Origin: Octopus sinensis
Lineage: Eukaryota
Assembly (NCBI RefSeq): GCF_006345805.1
Contig: NC_043019.1
Coordinates: 15,623,360 to 15,687,359 of the forward strand
DNA: 64,000 nucleotides
Reading direction: 5' to 3'
Of the stretch, positions 24,423 to 38,395 are shown in pieces. Both the position numbers and the translations under genes were made by a program. The notes under the pieces were generated by a model. The model did not search any database. It was not told the origin of the DNA and worked only from the letters and a program-made list of their open reading frames with translations. The first letter of the stretch is position 1; every line of letters begins with the position of its first letter.

Positions 24423-27324
24423 GTAAGTTGGTTAATTAATTAATTAAAGTACAGGACTTTGATAGAGCTTCTATCAGAAGACATTGTGTTGTGTCCTTTG
24501 AGAAAGAACGTGACATTATAAATGGCTGTTTACATGGCATGTAGTCAAGAAGTTTACTTTAGGTTCAATCTCATTGTGTGACACCTCAGACTAATGCCTT
24601 ACTGTAGTTGATAGAATAAGAACCAGTGAAGTCGCTGGGTGAATATAATTAACTGTCTGTGCTCTTGAATTCATGGCCTTGTGTGCATATGAAAAATTGT
24701 CCTTTTGTGGTCTTAAGCAACATGTACTAGGGCAGGGCTGACATAATCAGGTGATGTAATCACCAATATTCTTGAATATGATAAGTGGTGCCCTACCTGG
24801 CATGCCTGTAGGTTTACTGATAAGACCAGTGTATACAAGCAAGGCTGTGTGGTTAAGAGGTTTGTTTTCTATCTGTAAGCTCTCAGGTTCAATCCCAGTG
24901 TGTGGCACTTTAGCCTCTTCTACTATAGTGTCGGGCCAATCAAAACTCTGAATGGATTTGGTAGATATTAATGAAAGAAGCACATCAAACACACACACAC
25001 ACACATACATAGACATATATAAATGCATATATACATACATACATATGTGTGTGTATTCTGTGTCTTTGTCATACAGGCTATGTCCTTTGTTTCTGAACTT
25101 CTGTGAAAACATGTCCAGCTATGGGGACGACAGCAAAGGCATCTGGCCATAGGAAATCTACTTCTGCCTCAATGACTGATACAAGAATGGGAAAGTGGAC
25201 ATTAAAATGATGAGAATGATGGACAAATAGATATCCGGTCATTATCATTATTATTGAATGAGAGAGCAGCACATGCTATCAAAGTGACACTGGGGTACAA
25301 ATATAGGAAACCCAATATACCTATCATGACTACTTGTCTGATAAGGGTACGCCTGGCACATACATCACAACCATATGTGCACAACATGGTGTTCTCATAT
25401 CAAGATAAACAATGCATGACGTTGCAGGTGAGGCCCAGTTAGTATCTTTTTCAGGTTGAGTAGCTCATCCTATTCAAATGGCCCCTGAATAAGGGTTGTT
25501 TAAGGATGTTGAATGAAACACCTATGTTTCTAGAGATGAACTATTCAAACCCCAAAGAATTCCTCTCATCATATGGCTATGATGCTCCCCTACTACTTCT
25601 GCTCAGGATCAGAGATGCATGTATCACCAGCCACTAAGGGACATGCTCAACTGGTTAAGGTCGATATTATTATTATTATTTATTGTTATTATTATTAAAG
25701 GCATGTATTGGACAAAATGCTAAGTCACAGTTCTTCTAGATCTTTACATTCTGAGATCAAATCTCACCAAGGCTAACTCTTTTCATCTTTTCTATTCTAG
25801 GCACTAGGCCCGAAATTTTTGGGGAGGGGGCTAGTCGATTAGATCAACCTCAGTACACAACTGGTACTTAATTTATTGACCCCCAAAAGGATGAAAGGCA
25901 AAGGAGGAATTTGAACTCAGAGCATAAAGACAGATGAAATACTGCTAAGCATTTCGCCCTGCCTGCTAACATTTCTGCCAGCTCGCCACCTTGGGTTGGA
26001 TAAAATAAAGTACTAATGAAGCACTGTGGATCACTGTAATCAAGTAAACCCCTCCCCTCAAACTGCTGGCCTTGTGCCAAAATTAGAATTATAGCCATTA
26101 TTTATTTATTCAGTCCATATGAGAATTCCATTAGTGTGACTGAAACAGATCCTGTCTGTTGCAAAGCCAATCTCACTATTATGCCAAATTAGAAAGAATT
26201 ATTATCATCATTGTTGTTCTTGTTGTTGTAGATGCAGACATGGCTGGGTGGTAAGAAGTTTGCTTCCCAACTACATGGTTCTATGTTCAGTCCCACTGCA
26301 TGGCACCTTGGACAAGTGTTTTCTACTATAGCCCCAGACTGATAAAAATCTTGTGAATGGATTTGGTTGACGGAAACTGAAAGAAGCCCATTGTGTGTTT
26401 GTTTGTTTGTTTGTGTGTGTGTGTGTGTGTGTTTGTCTATTTTTGTCCCCTACCAGAGCTTGGCAACTGGTGCTATAACTTAACAGTTTGGCCAAAGAGA
26501 CTGGTAGAATAAGTACCAGGCTTGAAAAAAAGTACTGGGTTTGTTTCATTCAACTAAAATTCTCCATGGCTGTGCCCCAGCATGGCCACAGTTGAATGAC
26601 TGAGACAAGTAAGACGTAACAGATTATTTATATATTTAGTTAGCTGTACAGTGCTGGTGCCATGTAAAAAGCCCCCAGTTCACTCTGTAAAGTGGTTGAC
26701 GTAAGGAGGGGCACCCAGCTGCAGAAAACATGCCGAAACATACAATGAAGCCTTGTGTGGCTCCTGGCCTTACCAGTTCCTGTCAAACCATCCAATCCAT
26801 GCCAGCATGGAAAGAGGACATTAAGTGGATGATGATGATGATTATATACATGAATTATGCTAGTGTGACAAAAATGAAATCATGTTTGTTATAAAGCTAT
26901 TACACAAGTTGTGTCAGAGAAACCAGGTTCTGTCTCTAATGGACCCCAATTACATCAGTGTGAAATAGAAGGCATGCTATGTCTATAATATACCTAATTA
27001 CACTAGTGTGAAAGCCAGGTTGTGTCTGTAATGAAGCCAATTCTTAGATACAGATTAAAAAAAAAATTTATTAATGGTTTACTGAAAAGAGTCATAGCAT
27101 GACTTGTGATGTTTTTGAAGGTACTCCAAGACTTTGGAGAAAAAAAACGAAAGGAAGATTTTTGATATCTTCAGTTTGGAAACTTGGTTTAAATTCTGGC
27201 TACAGAATGGACTCCACAAAAAGTATTCAAAGACCAGATGGTGATGTTACACAAGGCATTAGTTTAAATTTACTGGTTAAGAACACCTACAGTCCACCTG
27301 ATAGAGTTCCATATAGTTACTTTC

Positions 27325-27430
27325 GCTGACAAGATTAAGATTGTCCTGAGATAAGATTAAGATACTAACAAGATTAAGGTTGTCTTGGGACAAGATTAAG
27401 ACACTGATAAGATTAAAGTTGATCTGAGAG
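27325..27430. repeat. Short degenerate minisatellite built on (ac/at)aagattaag
   Basis: The motif recurs five times at 17-20 bp spacing. Confidence 0.75.
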
Positions 27431-29001
27431 TATGGTAGAAAACATCTACTTAAGGTTATCTGGTGCAGTGGGATTGAACCTGGAACCATGTCATTGTGTA
27501 ATGCACTTCTTAAGTGCACAGCTGTACCTGCACTCTGCACCTATGATGGATGCATCTGAGATTGTGCAAGGGATATCTGGGAGTAAAAAGATGAGTAAAC
27601 TAAACAAATTGGCCCCCAGGCTTTCAGCCAACATCCAGAGATGGATCATTAAGGCATGTGCTCTGATATTATGAAGAGTAGCATAGCAAAGAGGCTGTCT
27701 GCTCTGGGTAGCAGTTTTATGAGAGCAGCACTTTTGCATCTGCTATATAAGCCTGTGTAGGGGTGGCGTAACAGGGCTTGTGGCAGTATGGAGTGGGGTG
27801 GAATTCAGACTCAAGGGCTGCTGCAGATGGTGCATTTTTTTAGCTATGTCACTGATTATGAATCATTATTTTGATTTATAATACCTAAGAAAATGTTAAA
27901 TTTTGAATTTTTTTATATCTTTGAAAAAAATTTTTGTTTTCTTTTATTTCATTATTTTTTAAATATTTTTTTCAATTTTTAATGTTTTTTTTTTCTTCAA
28001 AGAAACAATAGTAATTTTACAAACATATTATATATAATCACTCATTGTCTCTCTCTCTCTCTCTCCATCTCTCCCTGTTAGATTGGATCCAGTAGCAAAA
28101 TGAGGCTTCACAGGGTATCCACATTTTATTTTTGCCTCTTGCTTTTCTTCTCTTCTTCTCTGGCCTCGACTTCTTTCTACATTAATTAATGCTCTAATTA
28201 TAATATAACCTCTAAAGCAACTTCTCTACATATAACCTTACTAAAGAACTAATAAAGAAACAGCTGCAATTAACCACAAAAAACAACGACAATAATAATC
28301 ATAACAACAATAATAACAGCAATGATATTATCAAATAGTTGCCTTGGAAACGATTTTTAAAAAATGTCAAAGAAATACACAGCCAAAAGCTAGGACTTAC
28401 ATGTCTGTATAACAGAGAAGTGTACTACTCAGTACTGCATCACACATATTACATAGAGTAGCAAAAGATTCAACACATATATACCCACATCATAACTGCT
28501 GGACACTGCACATATATTATGCAGTATACTGTAGGACTTCTTTTATCTTTTACTGGTTTCAGTCATTGGACTGCGGCCATGCTGGAGCACCACTTTGAAG
28601 AGTTTTAGTCAAATGAATTGATTTTAGGGTTTTTATGTCTTTTGAGCTTTGTACTTTTTCTTTCTATCAGTCTCTTTTGTCAAACTGCTAAATTACAAGG
28701 ACATAAACACACCAACACTGGTTGACAAGCATGGTGTGTGTGTGTAGGGTGGGTGGGTTTGCAACACAAGTAGAAAGGCACACGGATGCACGCATGCACA
28801 CACACACACACAATAGGCTTCTTTCAGTTTAAATCCACTCACAAAAGCTTTGGTTGGCCCAAGGCTATAGAAGACACTTGTCCAAGGTGCCAAGCAGTGG
28901 GACTGAACCTGGAAGTATGTGGTTGGGAGGCAAACTATTTCCCGCACAACCACATATACATTTATAAATACAAAACGTGGGAGAGAGCACTTTTAAGTGA
29001 A

Positions 29002-29037
<36 letters not shown>

Positions 29038-29672
29038 ACACACACAACACACACATGTGGTAGAATACTCTGGGGCTTATACATAGGCATACAATAACAT
29101 TACCAGGTGCTGTACACATGTTATGCAAAGTACCAAAAACACAAAACATTGCATGTACTTAAAGTCCACAGAGCCATGCTTAATTATTCAGGAAAATCTT
29201 GCAAAGCTCTTGAAATATTAATAACAATAATAACAACAATGCTTTCTTTATTAACCTCAAGGTTTGATAAATGAATCAATAATGCCACAGGACCTTGCAG
29301 TGTGGGACTACATAAAAAGAAAAATGTGTAAACAAGGAAATGAAAACAAAAAAGAAGATTCCAAGAAAAATTCCCCCTATTCTTGAAACACCACAAAAAC
29401 CACAGCCACCCTGATCATGAAGGCATGTGTCCTTTGCCCTCATGCAGCTACCCTTCTCCAATCCATGGGTGCATGCTCAGAGCAGGCCCAGTCACTTGGA
29501 TGATATTTGCCACTTTTGTTCACCTTTCAACAAATTTGCTGGGAACACCTCATTTTCCTTCTTAAGTGATGAGGGATTAGCCAAAGATTCCTGTCTCCAG
29601 CCCCTTCAGTCTCAACCATCATGTGACTTCTTTAGCCAAAGCCACCAGACAGATAAAAAATGCCTGAGAATT

Positions 29673-30105
29673 TCTATTATAGGCACAAGGCCTGAAATTT
29701 TGAGGGAGGGAACTAGTTGATTAGGTCAACCCCAGTGTACAACTGGTACTTATTTTATTGACCCCAAAAGGGTGAAAGGCAAACTTGACCTCAGTAGAAT
29801 TTGAAATCAGAATGTAACGACAGATGCAATGTCACTAACCATTCTGTCTGGCATGCTAACAATTCCGCCAGCTCAATAATAATAATGATAATCCTTACTA
29901 CTATAGGCACTAGGCCTGAAATTTTGTGGGAAGGTTTAAGTCAGTTACATCGACCCCAGTATTCCACTGCTATTAAATTTATCGACCCTGAAAGGATGAA
30001 AGTAGTCAACCTTGGCAGAATTTGAACTCAGAACCTAAGGTCAGATGAAATGCCATTAGTCATTTCACCCGGTGTGCTAACAATTCTGCCAGATCACCAC
30101 CTTAA
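29673..30105 (-). mobile_element. Two head-to-tail family B SINEs
   Basis: Same core twice, joined by (AAT)n; another minus-strand copy at ~30490-30700. Confidence 0.85.
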
Positions 30106-32778
30106 TAATAATGCTTTGAATTTACATGATGCTAAAAGCACATTTGCAAAGTAAACAGAGTTGTGTCTTGATGGAAAAACTCATAATAATACCTGAATTA
30201 CAATATGAATTCATATATTGCTATATTTATATACATGTATATATATATATGGAAGATTCTGATCTGACTACCATGTTAATCCACAATTATTGGGAGAATT
30301 CTTGTTGAAAAACAAAGTATTTTTTTGAATGTCTTTATTCATATTTTTACAGGGTCAATGTTGTTTCAGCAAAGCAGATATTTGCTAAGCATCACCAGAG
30401 AAATTATGTTTTTGTATTGGTATCTTAATCACCTGATCATATTGGTGTCTTAGACAGCTTGTTATTTATAATAATAAGATATAAAATAATAATCCTTTCT
30501 ACTAAAGGCAAAAGGCCTGAAATTTTTGAGGAGGAGACTGGTTGATTAAATTGACCCCAGTGTTTAACTGGTACTTAATTTATTGACTCCAAAAGGATGA
30601 AAGGCAAAGTTGACCTTAGGGGAATTTGAACTCAGACCGTAAATACAGACGAAATGCTGCAAAGCATTATTCCTGGTGTGCTAACGATTAAGGCAGCTTT
30701 GTGGTATTTCATCTGTTTATTATTGTTATTACTATTAAGGTGGAAAGCTGACAGAATCGTTAGCATGCTGGGCAAAATGCTTAGCAGTATTTCACCTGTC
30801 GCTACATTTACAGTTCAAATTCTGCCCAGGTCGACTTTGCCTTTCATCCTTTCAGCGTTGATAAATTAAGTATCAGTCAAATACTTGGGGTTGATGTAAA
30901 TGACTTAATCCCTCCTACCAAATTTCAGGCCTTGTGACTATAGCAGAAAGGATTATTATTATCAAGGCAGCCTTAATAATAATAATAATAATAATAATTG
31001 TTTTTGATATGGCAACAATGCCTGAAATTTAGGGTAAGAAGGTAGTCAGTTACATCAACCTTAGTCCTTGATTGCTGCTTTATGTTATCAACTCTGGAAG
31101 GATGAAAAGCATAGTTGACCTCAATGAGATTTGAAACCGAAATCCCTTGAAGCATTTTTTCTGATCCATGAACAGTTCCAGCAACACATTTCCCTTTAAG
31201 AGTTTCTGATTTAGGTACAGCTTATTGTTATTAAAAACAAAAATTCGAGTGGAAGATCTCATTCTTTGTACATTGACTTCGCTTTCCAGACATTTATACA
31301 ACTACAAGGCACTGAAATAATGCTGGAAAATCTGTCTGTTACAATGGGCAGTTAATCTTACTGGAGGTCATTTTTAGAGAGCATTCAAGTTGGCTAGTGG
31401 TAGTAGTGGTTGTTGTTGTTGTTGTTGGAAATAATTCTGTGTAAATAATAGGAAGTTTGTGAGGAGTGTTGTTTGTAGTAAAAGGAAGTGTGATTGTCCA
31501 AGGTATTTTGACCAGTTTAGGAAGTGAGATAGTGCTTCCTCAGACTTGGCCTGTGTTGTCTTGGTGTTGCCATAGCTTCCTGTATTCAAGTCTTGTGATA
31601 CCATTTTCTAGTTAGGCATATGGTTAAGTATAATGACAATTTGCATTGGCATCTATAGGTCAGAGGCCTAAGAGGAAGAAATTTATCTGATGTTAAGAAG
31701 GGGGACATTAGATTAACTCTTTGGCATTTAATCTGGCTTAAATATTCAACATGTTTTATGTTAAAATTGACCAGATCTAGCCCTGTCCCATTGAAATCTC
31801 AAAGTTACAAGATAATGCATGATTAATTCAGAACAATGTGAATAAATAAACATTACATTTGACAGAGTAACAAACTCCACCTGCTGCAAAAGGCAGCCAA
31901 ATCTACTTCAGATCGTGTCGCTTTGCTATTTTAGGGAGAAGTATGTGTTGGACAATGAAGTCCTAGGTATAGGTGCAGGCATGGTTGTGTGGTTAAGCTC
32001 ACTTTGTATCCACTTAGTTTTGGGTTCATTTCTACTTTTTTTCCAACTTGGGCAAGTGTCTGCTATTATAACCCTGGGCCAGCCAAGCTTTGTGCAAGAA
32101 TTTGGTAGATGAATACAGTGTGGAAGTTTGTCATATATATATATATATATACACATATATATTTGTGTATGTGTCTTTGTTAGTTCCCCCTCACTGTTTG
32201 ACAACTGGTGATGATTTGTTTACATCCCTGTGATTTAGCAGTTCAGCAAAAGAGACTGATAGAATAAGTATTAGACTTCAAAAAATAAGGGCTGGGGTTG
32301 ATTTGTTCAAATAAAACTCTTCAAGGTGGTGCCCCAGCATGGCCACAGTTAAATGACTGAAACATGTAAAAGATGGCAATGTAAAAGAAAACATGTGCAA
32401 AAAAGGCATGATGGCCATGGTTGGAATGGCTTTGAACATTGGTCTGTTCAATGAGGGATTGACCTGGAGCTAAACAACACCAGTGAATCCATTTAGCATG
32501 AGAAGCACACAGTTGTATGTTATGATATGACAGTCATTTATATTCCACCAAGGTCAGCTTTGCCTTCTGTCCTTTCAGGGTTGAAAAAATAAGGACCAGT
32601 TAAGGAGGCGGTGGGGGTGTCAATGCAATCAACTTCAAGACTGCTGGCCTTGTGCCAAACTAAGAAAGGATTATGCTATGACAGCCTCAACTGTTTGTAA
32701 CATATGAAGAAGTAGCAGACCAAGGACAAGTTTAATGAGATCAAAATCTGATGAGCAGAAATGAGTGAGTCTTTAGAT

Positions 32779-33055
32779 CAGTGGTTCCCAAAGTGGGTGG
32801 TATTGCCCCCCTGGGGGTGGTGGAAAGTTCCAAGAGGGTGTCGAAGAAAAGTGTGGTGATAAGAGGGGAGCGATTCATGTAAAAACAACAAAATAATGAG
32901 GTTCATGAGGTTAAGTTTTATTTGTGAAATACAATTGCTTTGAATTTGCTTCAGAAAGGGGTCTCTGTTTGTGATGGTTAGTTGGGGTGCGGGCGCTAGG
33001 AATGTGGCCTGAGTGTCAATGGGGGTGGCAGCCTGAAAAAGTTTGGGAACCACTG
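32779..33055. mobile_element. hAT-type MITE
   Basis: 14-bp TIR CAGTGGTTCCCAAA/TTTGGGAACCACTG; 8-bp TSD ctttagat/ttatagat. Confidence 0.88.
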
Positions 33056-33747
33056 TTATAGATCAAGGGATCCATCTATTGGGCCACAAACCAGCTGTGG
33101 GTCATTTTGTATGGGCCTACACAGAAAGAATAAATTTTTCTATTCTGTTTCTATTTCATTGACTATCGCAGTCTATGAAATGGTTTTGCATTATACATCA
33201 TATTGTATATGATATATGTATATTATATATGTAATAGCTGAATTATGCATTTTATTGTGTTCTGTTATGTGCGTGATCCTCCTGTCCATGGAAAAGTCAT
33301 CTTGCATGGAACCAGTCAATAGTATGGAAGAGGTTGGGGACTACTGCTCCAGATAGTCATTTGACATGCTAGAATCAGCAATAAGGTCTCACTCGAATAA
33401 TACCCTGCCATCTTAAATAAAGAAGAGACACACTGGATAATGTGGTCAGAGTAAACTGTATCTTGAAAGAAAAAAAAAAAATGGAGTGGTGGTCATAGCT
33501 GGAATCCCATTGATTATGGAGGTCTTCAATGAGAATGGCAACATGGTGTAGACACCCTGTCTATGTTGACATGTAAGCATCACTGGAGAAAGAAAAAACA
33601 GGAAAAAGAATGTTAATATTTGTGTCTGTCACCAATCGGAAATACATATTGAAAATGAAATTAAAATGTTAACTTTCTCCATATCATTTCTGTTTTAGTG
33701 CTGTATGGTGTGTGTGTGTGTGTGTGTGTGTGTGTGGTGTGTATATA

Positions 33748-33820
<73 letters not shown>

Positions 33821-34104
33821 CATGTATGTGTATATATATGAATAAATATACATGCATTTGTAAATAAACATACATACATGTGTGTGTGTGTATATATATA
33901 CGTTTATATATATATATATATGTTTATATTTATATATATACATATGTATATATGTGTTTATATTTATATATACGTATGTATGTATGTATGTATATATATA
34001 TATATATATAATATATATATATATATATAATATACATATTCATATGCATTTCTCATCCTGTTTTGAATACACTTAAAAAAAACCCAGAACACTTATCATT
34101 TCAG

Positions 34105-34132
34105 GAGCGAAGTTATTTCTACGAAGGTTTTT
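34105..34132 (+). CDS. Candidate 28-nt micro-exon, copy 1 (inside the tandem duplication)
   Basis: ttatcatttcag|GAGCGAAGTTATTTCTACGAAGGTTTTT|gtaagt. Length is not a multiple of 3. Confidence 0.25.
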
Positions 34133-34542
34133 GTAAGTTTCAAATTATAGAATTCTATGAGCAGTCTGCAAGTCTTCTGTTGCGGCTGTTGTTATCATTT
34201 ATTTGTGGAGAGGCTACATTTTATTAAATATTATTTCTCTGATTTTTTTTTTCTTTCTCTATTTGTAAATTTTTATTTTTTTATTACTTCTTGTTTCAAA
34301 ATTAATGCAACCAGACTACTTTTAAAAACTTCCCTTCCAACACATTCACACATGTATATATTTTGCTATACATAAATTACACACACACACATGCACACGC
34401 ATATATCTTGTAAGATGTGTGTGGAGCACATCAAATTTCAGTATGTTGTAAAATGATAAGCTGGCAGACAGAAATATGATAATCAAAAGATAACTCTTTT
34501 GGATTTGCTTATGTGTACATGTATATTCTTTCTCTCTCTCTG

Positions 34543-34575
<33 letters not shown>

Positions 34576-34736
34576 TAGATACATGTATGTGTATATATAT
34601 GAATAAATATACATGCATTTGTAAATAAACATACATACATGTGTGTGTGTGTGTATATATATACGTTTATATATATATATATATGTTTATATTTATATAT
34701 ATACATATGTATATATGTGTTTATATTTATATATAC

Positions 34737-34767
<31 letters not shown>

Positions 34768-34875
34768 TATATATATATATATTATATATATATATATATA
34801 ATATACATATTCATATGCATTTCTCATCCTGTTTTGAATACACTTAAAAAAAACCCAGAACACTTATCATTTCAG

Positions 34876-34903
34876 GAGCGAAGTTATTTCTACGAAGGTT
34901 TTT
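34876..34903 (+). CDS. Candidate 28-nt micro-exon, copy 2
   Basis: Identical to 34105-34132, 771 bp downstream. Confidence 0.2.
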
Positions 34904-35847
34904 GTAAGTTTCAAATTATAGAATTCTATGAGCAGTCTGCAAGTCTTCTGTTGCGGCTGTTGTTATCATTTATTTGTGGAGAGGCTACATTTTATTAAAT
35001 ATTATTTCTCTGATTTTTTTTTTCTTTCTCTATTTGTAAATTTTTATTTTTTTATTTTTATTACTTCTTGTTTCAAAATTAATGCAACCAGACTACTTTT
35101 AAAAACTTCCCTTCCAACACATTCACACATGTATATATTTTGCTATACATAAATTACACACACACACATGCACACGCATATATCTTGTAAGATGTGTGTG
35201 GAGCACATCAAATTTCAGTATGTTGTAAAATGATAAGCTGGCAGACAGAAATATGATAATCAAAAGATAACTCTTTTGGATTTGCTTATGTGTACATGTA
35301 TATTCTTTCTCTCTCTCTGTCTCTCTCTCACACACACACACACACACTCACTCAGACACATGCATCATGGTGATATAGGTCATACTGTATCATTGTGACC
35401 CAGTAACATACTAAGAACTAAACACGTCACAAGACAGAATTTCTAAGCTTTTCTCCAGTCATACTGATGTTACAAGCATTTAGACATTGCACAAGCATCC
35501 TTGTTATTTGGCTCAGAATCACAAGGCTTCCTGACTACGACCATCCCATCTTTTTTTGAGCATTACATTTTAAACGCAGTGTATTTTTAGTCACACTATC
35601 CATTGTGGTTTTTGGTTTGTTTTTTTTTTTCTTTTTAGGCCACCTCTGGTTTGATGAGACAAACTTCCTGTAGTTAAAGTGGTGATCTAAGTTAAAACTG
35701 TCGACTAATTTCATGTTAATTTGTTCCAAAAACCAGTGTAACACTGACAAAGTTATTTCACCAAACTTTTCATTAGTCTCATAATTAATTGAAACAGAGG
35801 TACCTGCTAAAGGAAAAGCAGTGGGAAATAATAATAATGATAATAAT

Positions 35848-36287
35848 ATTTTCTACTATAGGCAAGAGGCCTGAAATTTAGGGGAGCAGGCCAGTTGATT
35901 AGATTGACCCCAGTACACTACTGGTACTTTATTTAACGACCCTGGAAGGATGAAAGGCGAAGTTGACCTCAGCGGAATTTGAACTCAGAACATAAAGACA
36001 GATGGAATGCCACTAAGCATTTTTCCTGGCATGCTAACTATTAAGACAAATTTTTTTTTTTTATTGCCCACAAGGGGCTAAACATAGAGGGGACAAACAA
36101 GGACAGACAAAGGGATTAAGTCAATTACATCAGCCCCAGTGCATAACTGGTACTTAATTTATCCACCCTGAAAGGATGAAAGGCAAAGTCGACCTCGGTG
36201 GAATTTGAACTCAGAACACAAAGACAGATGGAATGCCATTAAGCATGCTAACGATTCTGCCAGCTCGCCGCCTTACTATTAAGACAA
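35848..36287 (-). mobile_element. Two family B SINEs, the second with a different 3' tail
   Basis: Shared head and core; second tail reads cccacaaggggctaaacatagaggggacaaacaaggacagacaaagggattaagtc. Confidence 0.8.
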
Positions 36288-36377
36288 ATTCTTATCATAC
36301 CACATTTCTTTTAAGAGAAATGTGGTATGTTATGGGAGATTTGGCTACTATCTCTAGCAGGTTGAGTCATCATGTAG

Positions 36378-36600
36378 ATCGGGGGTTCTCAACCATTTTG
36401 TATCTATGGACCCCTTTGATTACTATTTTATTCTCATGCCCCCCACCCCAGCCATTCAGTGTTTAAAAACTAGTTTTATAGAAACTTCTTTCAAAATTCC
36501 TCTTTTGCTTTCCTCCCATTAACTTGTGCAGGTTCAACTATGGAAAACATTAGAGAAAGAAACCTAGCTGTTTCTTGTAATACATACCAATACATACATA
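36378..36600 (+). mobile_element. Family F hAT MITE, left part
   Basis: cgggggttctcaaccattttg...atggacccctttgattact, homologous to 57260 and 57615. Confidence 0.7.
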
Positions 36601-36655
36601 TATAAGGCAGAATCTTTCAATATATGCTTGTTTTTATGTTCAATTATAAGAAAAT

Positions 36656-36789
36656 CAATTGCAGTGTGGAAGGTGTTTATAAGCCATTTAAGAAACACAC
36701 AAAAACCTTTAGATTCACTTCAACATTTAAATTTAATTTGCCAAAATATTTTCGTTGCATGCTTATAAACACCTTCCACGCTGCAATTG
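36656..36789. repeat. 29-bp inverted repeat around a 76-bp spacer
   Basis: caattgcagtgtggaaggtgtttataagc and gcttataaacaccttccacgctgcaattg, one mismatch. Confidence 0.85.
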
Positions 36790-38343
36790 TTTTTTGTTCC
36801 AGCACAGGATCTCAGATCAGATCACTTGTTAATGCAAGTATATCTATAAGAAAAACAGTTTTATGTTAACCTGAGGGGTTACTCTATACATTTATAGAAT
36901 ACAAATTTATTGTTTTTAAATAAGAATATTATTGACAGTGATATCATTATTGTGGCTTAATGATAAGATGTACTCAGGTCATTCTGAAAGTATATATGTA
37001 TATAATAAAAGGATTGAAACCAACTTCCACCAAAAAAAAAAAAAAAAAAAAAGACAACACTAGAGGGACAAGTGTCTTGACAAATGTTATGTATGTATGT
37101 GTGAGTGTGTGTGTCTCCTTGTTTCAGTATCGTGTGCGTGTTGTAAATGAGTCTCATTCGTTTCCAGTAATCTTTGGAAACATGTCTAGCCATAGGGAAA
37201 CAGGTAAGGGCTGGCGACAGGAAAGGCACTTAGCTGTAGAAAAGTTGCCTCAATAAATTTCACTTGGCTTGTGTAAACTGAGAAATGGAAAAGTGGAAGT
37301 TAGTTAAAATGATCTGCTTGGTTCAATTTCACTTCTAGGATAAAAAAAAAATTTCCAAGAAATGTGTCTCGTCTTGGGGAAACAAAGAAAAACAACATTG
37401 CTGTAGACTATCATCCTATCCCATACAAAGAATTATTTTTCAACTACTCACCACCATAGGAATCAGAGAAATGCATTGACCCCAGGAGATAACTGTTGAT
37501 ATCCACATAAGGATACATACTCTATGATCTCAACAGCTGGTGCCCATAAAAGGATAGGCACACTATAGTGAACGTGAGACATTTGACGAGAGTAATTACA
37601 AAATGTCATGATCTATCACACATTGTAATTATCATTGTAAAGTGCCTCGTGCTCTGTGATAATTTTGTATTTATCAAGGTAGAGTATCTGATGTTTTTAA
37701 TTAGTATGGTAAGCTGTCTTGTATGTGTAGTTACCATGGTAAAGTGTTTGATATCTGTACTTTTTTTTTCTTTATGTCTTTGTTTTTGTTGATTAGCATC
37801 ATAGAATATCTCACACACTGTCATTTGAATGGTAATCTGGTAAATCTCTTTCGCATTTTTCAAATCACTTCAGGTTGGTTGTGCAATGTATTTATGTGTG
37901 TGTATGTATGTAGCTAAGTGTGTGTGTGTGTGTGTGTGCATATGTAGTAACTGAAAAAAGAAAAATTGTATATATGTATGCCTGTGTGTGTTGCTCCAGC
38001 ATGGCTGAAGTTAAATAATAGAAACTAGTAAAGATAAAGATAAATGGTATTTGTGTGTGTGTGTGTCAGGAGGACCTGTCGAGCACTGGGGGTTGAGGTA
38101 ATTGACTTGTCCTGTCACGGACATGGCAACCTCTTCAATGTTTGTTCAATGGTAAAACTTACCCAGCACACTTTGTAAAGTGGTTGGTGATAGAAAGGAC
38201 ATCCAATGAGCATCATCATCATCAGCATCATTTAACATTCATTGTCCATGCTGGCATGGGTTGGACAGTTTGACCAGAGCTGCAATCGGATGGGGGATGC
38301 CTGAGATCCTAGAAGACACAGACAGACAGAACGGATTTTATAT

Positions 38344-38395
<52 letters not shown>

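Larger units (their letters stand above)
33790..35348. repeat. Near-identical tandem duplication, unit ~760-780 bp
   Basis: Two copies differ, by eye, only in microsatellite lengths and one 6-bp indel. Bounded by three (CA)n tracts at ~33788, ~34552 and ~35330. Confidence 0.93.

Noticed and set aside
27099-27329. 76-aa non-repetitive ORF
   Set aside because: No recognisable domain, starts at a near-cognate context, and lacks good splice sites.
27310-27430. CRISPR-like repeat-spacer pattern
   Set aside because: Short degenerate minisatellite in eukaryotic DNA; no unique spacers and no cas genes.
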